A stretch of DNA of 64,000 bases from a virus, in the IMG/VR virus record IMGVR_UViG_3300045988_180675, positions 128,001-192,000 of that record; one strand, written 5' to 3'. The number at the start of each line of letters is the position of its first letter. Position 1 is the stretch's first letter. A program made the position numbers and the translations under genes. Positions 26,401 to 34,200 of this stretch are shown here, one piece after another. A model generated the notes under the pieces. The model saw only the letters and a list, made by a program, of their open reading frames with translations, was not told the origin of the DNA and ran no database searches.

Positions 26401-26948
26401 TTTAAAGCGTTATTTGCTTCTGTTACTGCTCCTTGTGCAGAATCCTTGTTTGCCTTTGCTGTATCTACATTTGATGTAGCTGTATTGATCTGCTCTTCTG
26501 ATGGCTTCTCAGCGTTTGCTGCTTCTACTTCTGCTGTTTTTGTTTCTACAGTAGCCTTAGCGTTTTCAGATGCAACCTTAGCATCTTCTTCAGCCTGTTT
26601 TGCGTTTTCGATCACAGTAGGCTGGTTCTTTGCTGCTTCCTCTGCTGCCTTAGCGTCTGCTTCTGCATTAGCCTTCATGTCTACAACTGCCTTGTGAGCG
26701 TCTTCTTCTGCCTGCTTAATAGAGCTTTCTGTTTCTGTTACTGTGTTTGCCGCACTCGTTGCATTTGCTTCTGCTGTAGCCTTTTCTGCATCTGCATTAG
26801 CCTTTACTGCTGTTGCTGTATCGAGTGCTGCCTGTGTTCCTGTTGCTTGTTCATTTGTTTCCTCTGCGAATGTTGTTGCTGTTGTTGCAGCGATTGAAGC
26901 TGCTGCTGTTGCTGTGATAACTGCTGTCTTAACTAATTCCTTTTTCAT
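23442..26948 (-). CDS. Membrane-anchored surface protein with long Ala/Lys/Glu coiled coils and a central CAP/SCP (PR-1-like) domain, 1168 aa
   Basis: Signal peptide. CAP-domain motifs GHTRHFNMGENLAWGY and IQTGHYTNAVN. C-terminal hydrophobic helix + KKKKKESK with no xxxTG sorting motif. Confidence 0.7.
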   Translation of the reverse strand: MKKELVKTAVITATAAASIAATTATTFAEETNEQATGTQAALDTATAVKANADAEKATAEANATSAANTVTETESSIKQAEEDAHKAVVDMKANAEADAKAAEEAAKNQPTVIENAKQAEEDAKVASENAKATVETKTAEVEAANAEKPSEEQINTATSNVDTAKANKDSAQGAVTEANNALNDAKAVLEEKTNDVTTKENAKNSANTDLENANAKLNSDKGVTAEKENDLRKALEKNGGKDVLETDEYKAMLNAEKESAKAHEKVEEKKTAEAEAKKDADAKESILNDKKSVEAEKKNALDAENANVSTKESVASEKEAQKNSASTSVDTAKNNVENAKSDVNTKETEKNKALEKQAKERQDYETNRAATEAAKREKLNKDVTDADTEKNAISQKIANASEQVKKGFEGFLGWAKTKFAGDENTLKDIERAVKALHQYPAGMIVGDENDATSLRNVKEALKVLIKYNEQRVHDEHFTGLDPLGTTFYMMATAISNADNSANPANGHTRHFNMGENLAWGYADPNKGWYEEEKVVWEALQEFTAKYLAEHPGVNITKRGPEKTAFENAWTNYAKNEKKFFNIQTGHYTNAVNRNYIMTGIGRSTVANKRGKMVYDQQLQKFVEVGGEKKYTEDQLDSYGITFSQTFSTSTEGNGPEAEKIYTIAEFTSLFDEYMDTVDTTKLNAKLDEANKKYNDAVTVRDAYKGEPALGEREVLPEEKAYDAAVQKLAEANTALTNAQKVLTDATTALENAKSELEAAKATRDSAKLAHDAAKAKTVTAQSTYDAAKGVYDAKVAERKNAEADAKTADDDLSAKTAVVDSMVGVEEMKALRKAVADAKEVQKASEKVVEEKQNALNDATNAYNDAVAARNTAQANVDTKTNELATAQSTLEAKTTDLTNAELALKALTDKVAAYDAKVKELEDSKAEAAKKAQAYEDAKAAHTKAMDALVELTTKATEARAKADRTNAFTFDETFNTLVSDPEFASTVNPYIEAVQKARAALATAKQALVEANEALEEATTRAAKAEANYIRELAAYNVRVATEAAQKAEAARQAELANQAARQIESATNKSVGTDAMVEKNEKKASDKQKEASKDSKNDKQDAKKSDDKKTETQKNDNKKDVATEEKKSEESSDDTVAKVGIGALVATALAGFGIVIGKKKKKESK

Positions 26949-27156
26949 TTCCTTTTCCTCTTTCTTTCTAACTTTTTTAACTACTTCACAACATATATTA
27001 TATACGAAGATTTGATATAAATATACAGTGTTTTTTCGTTATTTACTTGTAAAAGTTTTATTTTCTTCCTTTCTTTTTTCTACTTCCTTTACAACTATTA
27101 TTTTATCATAACAGTATATATAAGTCAATACATTTTGTGTTCTTTATAGAAAATAT

Positions 27157-27345
27157 TTACCATTTGTAATCTAATATTTTCTTTGCGGTTGAAAGCGTCA
27201 TATTTTCTAGCTTATACTTACCATTCCGATATCTGCTGATCATTGACTTATTGATTCCTGTACTTTTTGAAAGCTCGTGACCACTGATTCGACTGTTGTA
27301 CAGAATGTTTTTGATCTTTTCTTCGATCTTTTCGATCTCTTTCAT
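27157..27345 (-). CDS. XRE-family helix-turn-helix transcriptional regulator (62 aa)
   Basis: The HTH segment ISGHELSKSTGINKSMISRYRNGK is typical of Cro/C1-type regulators. Confidence 0.8.
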   Translation of the reverse strand: MKEIEKIEEKIKNILYNSRISGHELSKSTGINKSMISRYRNGKYKLENMTLSTAKKILDYKW

Positions 27346-27370
27346 ATTTCCCTTTCCTTTCTATACCCAT

Positions 27371-27399
27371 AGTATAGCATATTAGTTGCTATATTACAA
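27371..27399 (-). promoter_or_regulatory. Promoter of the XRE gene with overlapping palindromic operator
   Basis: Minus strand TTGTAA-17 nt-TATACT (TGC immediately upstream of the -10). Inverted repeat TATAGCA-N7-TGCTATA at 27373-27393 overlaps the -10. Confidence 0.55.
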
Positions 27400-27408
27400 C
27401 CATTATTT

Positions 27409-27433
27409 AAAAAGAAAACATGCTTTTAGCATG
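27409..27433 (-). terminator. Rho-independent terminator overlapping the pilin stop codon
   Basis: CATGCT-TTT-AGCATG hairpin with the stop codon in the loop, followed on the minus strand by TTTTCTTTTT. Confidence 0.6.
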
Positions 27434-28136
27434 CTTCCTCTTCCTTTTTTGAAATCATATAAGCTCCAGCAGATGCTGTTAACAACACAGCTAGTAATGT
27501 TAATAGGCTTGAGTTTGCACTGATACCTGTATCTGCCTTTGGTTTTTCCTTTGGCTTTTCGCTTGGGGGCACAACAGGTTTTTCGTTTGGAATCTTTTTA
27601 ACTTCACTCTTTGGTGAAATTGTAACATTATGTTTCCACTCACCACTTGTATACAGTGGTAGTGAAACAAGGAACGGCTTAGCAAGTTCATATTTGCCTG
27701 CTTCTCCTTCTGCCTTTGTTTCTGCAACTAAATACATTCCATCTGGTAAATTCGCAAATGTTGCCTGTCCATCTTCATTCGTTTTTCCTGTTGCAACAGG
27801 ATCAATTTTATTTGCTAAAGCAAAAATCTTTTCTGCTGCCTCATTTGATTTCTCTGCTGTCATCCCATCGAAATTGATTTCTGTTTCTTTGTATTCATCA
27901 ACCAGTGTATATGTAGCAGAAGCTGCATTTCCATTGTATGTGATATCAGCAACCTTATAAACTACAAATGTTGCATCTGGAATATTTGTAATTGTAGCTG
28001 TTTCGGAATCTTTTTCTGAGAATTGGATTGTTGCTGTATTTTCCTGTTGTTCTGCCAAAACAAGAAAGCTGGAAGAATTAAATAAGAAAATACTCGTGAT
28101 TCCTGTGATTAATATTTTTTTGAATAAGTTTTTCAT
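27426..28136 (-). CDS. SpaA-type isopeptide-forming pilin subunit (236 aa)
   Basis: Start moved to ATG 28136 (RBS GAAAGGAAAAACG). Signal peptide. ATFVVYKVAD. E-box-like GMYLVAETKAEGEAGKY. PFLVSLPLY. C-terminal KPKADTG + hydrophobic segment + KKEEE sorting-signal-like tail. Confidence 0.7.
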   Translation of the reverse strand: MKNLFKKILITGITSIFLFNSSSFLVLAEQQENTATIQFSEKDSETATITNIPDATFVVYKVADITYNGNAASATYTLVDEYKETEINFDGMTAEKSNEAAEKIFALANKIDPVATGKTNEDGQATFANLPDGMYLVAETKAEGEAGKYELAKPFLVSLPLYTSGEWKHNVTISPKSEVKKIPNEKPVVPPSEKPKEKPKADTGISANSSLLTLLAVLLTASAGAYMISKKEEEAC

Positions 28137-28203
28137 CGTTTTTCCTTTCTGGACCAATGGTTGAGCGTAGCCAGAAGACTACGCTCCCCTTTCATTGATC
28201 ACT

Positions 28204-31200
28204 TTAATTCTTTTCTTTCTTTTTCGCACTGATCACAAGATAACCAGCACCACCAAGTAATACCATTGCGATAATTACAAATGTAATCATTCCTCGACCA
28301 CCAGTAGAAGGTAATACCTTTAACTTATCGTCGTGAAGTTCAATTTGAACTGTTGTATTTAATTGGTTTTTCTTAATTTCAAACTCATGCTTATTAGGAT
28401 CTAAAGCGTATCCCTCTGGAGCCTTTGTTTCAATTAAGTAATAGTTACCAACGCCAATACCATCGATTTCATCTGATTTACCATTGCTATTGATATCAAT
28501 ATTCTTGATAAAGAATGTTCCCTTGTATAAAGCGTATGTTGCTCCACCCAACTTCTCGTTGTTTTCACCAAACTTCGTTAGTTGGATCTTAGCTGATGGA
28601 GGTGTGATGTTTGTAAATATTACAGTTGCATCTTCTCCATCATCAATCGTTTCAAGCTCTGTTACAAGATCAAGCATTGCTTCATCATTTTCCTTTGTTG
28701 CGTTTGCGAAGTTTCCTTTGTCGGCTGTTAGTGCATATTTTGCAAGCTTCTTATTTGCTTGTTCAATAACTTTGTATTCAACACCAACAGGAATATCTGT
28801 AAACTTAACGCTTTCGCCATTTCCTAATGTGAAATCCTTAGTTGCTTCTCCGTTTTCATCAGCTCTTACAAGACCGATATCAGAACTAAAGAAACTATTA
28901 GGTTTCATATTTGAGAATTGGATCGAGAATGGATACTTCTCAGTTGTTACTTCTGGTTCAACCTTGGTTACAACTAATGATTGCTTATGTTCAATCGTAT
29001 TTGTGAATGTAATAGATACGTTTTCATTAGCATCAACAGTTTCTACAGCTGTACTTAAATCTTTATTTTCTTCTTCATTCAATCCATTTTCAGAATTAAA
29101 TTTATTGATTCCTCTATCATCAGAGAGTTCGTACTTAGAAGTATAAGCACCTGCTAGTTCTGTTACTTGATATGTTGCACCAACAGGTAGTTTCTTAAAC
29201 ATGATCGATTCATCTTTTCTTAATCTTAAATCAAGTAATGCGTGTCCAGACAAGTCTGAATCAAAGTAAACACCATTATTTGTCGTTAAATATCTTGTAT
29301 TTGGAGTCAAATTACTAAATTCAACACGGAATGGGTATTCTGTATTTTCATCAGCAATTCCTGATACTTTCTTAACAAGTGTGACATTGCTCACTTCACC
29401 TGGTTCTGGAGGTGTAAATGTATTTGTACAAACGATATCAGATTGCTTTCCTGATTCTATTGTTACATTTTTAGCACTATAAGTTGTCTGATAAGGACCT
29501 GTTTGTTCATGTACACCTACCACTGTTCCTTCTGGTAATCCTTCGATAACTAGATCCTGTCCACCCTTTAGCTGTACCATAGCATGTCCACCAAAGATAG
29601 ATACGCCAGATAAAACTCTAGGTTTGTTGAAGAATCCGTTCGGATTACTGAAGTTCAAGAAGAATGTATAAGATGCTCCTGGGACTAATTCACCATTTAC
29701 AACCTTTGATAAGTGGAATGAACCAGTTCCTACAGTTGACTTATTAGTGATTGTTGCTCCCTTGCTTTGTGTACCATTGACAATTGCGTACTTAGGTAAC
29801 ATTGCTTCGGAAGTGTATCCATCCATCTTTTCTTCGAACAACTTATATTCCAAAGTATCATCGAATACATTGAATGTATATGTCCAAACGTTATCATCAC
29901 CCTTCACCCATTTATCTGCTTGTGATCTATAAGTGATGGTGCCGTCTAGCATTTGTTTCACTTCTGGTTCTGCTGGCTCTGGGACAGGTCTCCACCCAAG
30001 CTCGTTCCAGTCTACGGATGTTACTCCATTGCGGTCGTATGAAGATTTAGAGTCATCCATCTTTATATTATTTCTACTTGTTTTTGATAAGGCATATCCC
30101 GAAACATCTATGCCATAGGTGAAGCCGAGTTTCTTTATAACGCCATTTATTTTTGCGACACTAGCTCGTATTTCATTTGGAGCTGCTTTTTCTGGAGCAA
30201 AACCAATTACCACCTTAGATGTTGTCTTTAGGTCTCCAAGCAACTTGTTAATTACAGATGCCATCTCTTCTTCACTTAAATGAGCAAACTCTCTTAAACT
30301 TGTGTTATAAAAATTTAGATTTGTAAGAGTTCTATTACCCTGTTTTATCGTGTTTCCCAAATTCATTTTTATTGCGTCTAATTTTTGCTTATCTTTTACC
30401 AATTTAACTAGATCCATTGAGAACGCAAAATATTGAAAATCTTTTGCGGTTGCTGTTGGACTATTTGGTTGGGTTGGCTTTGCAAAACTTGAGCCCTTGA
30501 ACATGTCTTCAAAATCTACTACGTTTTCGACGTTTAGAGAATCTATAATTTTATCAATGTCGCCATTTACACTTTGGAAGTTCAAGAACATTCCCTTTGC
30601 AATTTTTAAATTTCCACTAGATTTGCTTCCGATTGCAGATGTTGGCAAGGATATATTCGCTTGTTGGTTTGCGAACATTTCTGTTGCGTTTTCTACTTTG
30701 CTAAAGTCAAATTGTGTCAATGCAATTCTAGATAGTTGAAAAATATTTTCATTACTATTACTATCGTACTTAAACAACTCGGAAGAGTCTTTTGGTAAGA
30801 ATAGTGTATTAGCCTCTGAAGATAAAATAATTTGTCCATTCCTAATGTTAACGTGTGCATAAATTTTGTACGGAGAATCTTCTGAAGAAACAATTAAATA
30901 ATCAGTTTGTTTATTTATCTCCATGATTGCTTCTTTCGTTATTGACCGATCCACGAAGAGTGTAAACTTTTTACCATTTACAGATGAATGTGTTAAATTT
31001 TCTGCTTGTACAATCTTATTAAGGAAATGTGGTTCCAAATAAGCAACTTTGAACTTGTTGTCCTTGAAAACGAATGTTCTTGTATATAAGTCCGACTCGT
31101 TCAACGTTCCTGTGAACAAGTGGGACTGATCAAATATGATCTCTCTAAATATAACTTCTCCGTTTTCAAAGCTATTAAGAGTAGTTTCTCTTTCTGGGAA

Positions 31201-34200
31201 AGCAGAGCTTATAATAGTTTCATTTCTCTTCGCAAAAGCCTTGATTTGCTCGCCGACTTTTTTAACTATATAAGTTGTTAAACTGTTATTCGAATCAGAG
31301 TTTCTTTCTATCTCTTCTTTGCTGAACGTTATAATTACCTTTCGTTCGCTTTCTGGAATGCCTGGAATATTTCCAAAATCAACTGTATAAACGATATTAT
31401 TCACGTTTGGATCAGTGGCTGTCATCGTTAATTGTGGGATTGGTCTGTTTTCGTTATTCTTATCTGCGTCTTCCCACACTTTTTTAACAATAATTTTTCC
31501 ATCTTCTGATCTTTCATTTTTAACGATGAAGAATCCTGTATTATTTTCTTTTTCCAAGCCGTCAATCGTTATTTCTCCGAGTTTACTGATGTGAACAATA
31601 TATTCTTTTTGATCTTTAATATAATTTCTGTTTCCACCCTTTTTACCATCAGCAGTAACATTTGTTGGAGCTGTGATTTCTTTTAATGTGTATGTACCCT
31701 TCTCAATATTTTCAAATGTTAATACACCATTTTCGTCTGATGTTGCAGTAATATTTGTACTTGTTCCAAGTTCTGATACACCTTTAAGTAAGAACTCTGC
31801 CCCCTCTAACCATATAGAGTTATTGTCTGCATCTATCTTGCGAAGTTTGAAACCGTTGTATCTATGCTCATTGAATACTGTTTCGTTCTTGTAATATTCA
31901 GAATTGTCACTTGATATTGAATATTTACCAAACTCATCGACGAGAATATTTACAGTTAGTTCTTTATTTGGGACATATCTCTGGTTTTCTAAAGCAATTT
32001 CTTTAATTGCATAGCGACCTTTTTCTACATCATCAAATTTAACTTCTCCATCGCTGTTTGATGTTGCAAATTTTACAATATCTGTTCCGTAATCAGATGT
32101 TCCATATAATTTGAATATAGCACCAGAAACCTTTGCAAAAGAATTACCCAATTCACTCTTCTTAAATTTTATATCTGTATGAATTCTTGGCTTATCTGAT
32201 AATACTAATTCTTTATTTGTATAATTGACTCCATCTACAATTACATTATTTGATTTATCTATAGTTACTACTCTTGTTGTTGCATCTAAAAGCCAATCTT
32301 TTGTAGCTTTATATTCTTGTAATGTATATGTACCAAGCTCAACGTCAGAAAATATTGCAGAACCCGAAGAACCTGTTTTAACTGTTTCGTCATAAACAGT
32401 TCCATAATTAGAAATTCCACTTAATTTATATTCAATACCTTCAATAGTTAAAGCTGTATCATTTTCACTAACTTTCTTGATCATCAAATTACCAGAAATT
32501 TTTAACCCAATCTGCGTATAATCTTGATGAACAAGATGTGTTTCTGCTTTATTATTTGAACCGAGAATTGTAGCGTTCATATAAATGTTGTTATATGCCA
32601 TTGGAATACGTCCAATATCATTTGCTCCATTTGGAGCTTGCATATATAAGTATGCTGTCAACGACTCTGTTTCATCTAACACAAAATCTGTTCCATCTGC
32701 CTTTTTGGAAGCATCAATAGCAATAGCTTTTGCATTTGAAATATTTGATAGATCTGTTACTTTTTGCCAAATTGAAGAGTCTGTTAAATCTCGATGTTCA
32801 TCAATTGATAAATTTTCTACTGTACTAATATAAACTACAGGCTTGATTCCTCTTGCCTCTAATTGTTTTAATCCAATGGAGTTTAGTGTGCCATGCCAAT
32901 CAGATTGCTTCCCATCTTCTGTAACGTAGTTTTCCAAACTATCATAAAAAATAATATCTTTAGCTTTAGAGGAGCCGCTATTTGCCATACGTAACTCATA
33001 ACTATATTCTTTTCCAATATTAGTCATTGTTTCGTATGAATACTTCTTATCTTTTTCGGCTTTTACCTTCTTTGTTAAGCCTGAAGTAGCAGCTGTTAAA
33101 TTGTTTACATCATAAATTTCTTCCGCATAAATAAACTTAGAAACTCCAGATGTCCAATCATCAGGTTCTCCGCTGTCTAATCCAGCCATATTTTCTTTGA
33201 TTTGATGTTCTGGGGATTTTCCATTCTTATCAAATCTTCCACCATTATCAGCCGTTCCACCTGCGATGCTCTTATTGCCAGTTTTGTAGGCTACTGGGTT
33301 GTAAATATTTGTGCCAAAATCTTTTAGGTTGTTCCATGAATAAGTTGTATCAAAAAATACAGTATATTTTTCTGATGGATCTTTTATATCCAAACGGAAC
33401 ATTGTACGACCAGTATCATTAAAGTTGTCGATTGTTGTTACTGTGTAATCTGCAGGTGAAACCATTCCACCTTCTCGCTTGTTTATGATAATACTAGACT
33501 TATCAAGTACACTGCCAAGTGGCAACAAATCATAGAATGTTCCGCCATTTTGGACTACATACTCTATCTTTCCTGATTGTCCAGAAACAATTTGTTCATC
33601 TGCACTGATTCTCCATGTAATATCGAAAATTCTTTGCTTTGCGTTATTGGAAGAAGAAACGACATGCTTCTCTACTTCTGATGATCGCTGTGTTACTCTT
33701 GCATAATCAACCGCATTAGAATTTGTTTCTAAAATCTTTTCATTCTTATAGTTAAAGAATTGACCATTTACATTGTTTGCAAGACCAATACGTTCTTTAC
33801 CTTTTACAAAATTCATTACCTTTTCAGAATTCTTTAATGTCAAAAATGGATATGCGTAAATGGCAGAAAAATAATGCTTATTAGAAAAAGTTATTCTGTA
33901 TGCAATGATATCTTTTCTTGAAAACTCAATAGTCTCATTTGTAAAATTACTTACAAAATTAGAGTCAAAATTTGCTTGTGATGTTGAAAAGTTATATGTT
34001 CCAACCGTCTTAAATTCTTCATCTTGACCATGTTTGACCTGTAAAGTAATAATATCACTTTCATCATATTTCTTTTCTTTATCGTATTCAAAAGTTGCTT
34101 CTTCAGCATTGTAATGGGCTGTGCGAGTTATATATCTATAATTCACTGATTCAATATAAACATCATCAGATGTTAATAGTGTTCCTTTTTCATATCTTAC

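Noticed and set aside
26200-27015. Plus-strand ORFs 26200-26697 (165 aa), 26694-26897 (Cys-rich, 67 aa) and 26743-27015 (Ala-rich, 90 aa)
   Set aside because: They lie entirely antisense to the 1168-aa coiled-coil gene. Their odd Ala/Cys/Ser composition is the mirror image of its GCN/AAR/GAR-rich codons. They have no RBS or promoter.
27095-27130. Reading the CTGT-containing 12-mer (ATATACTGTTAT) as a LexA/SOS box
   Set aside because: The E. coli-type box needs CTGT-N8-ACAG, and the Firmicute Cheo box needs GAAC-N4-GTTC. Neither partner half-site is present at any of the seven copies.
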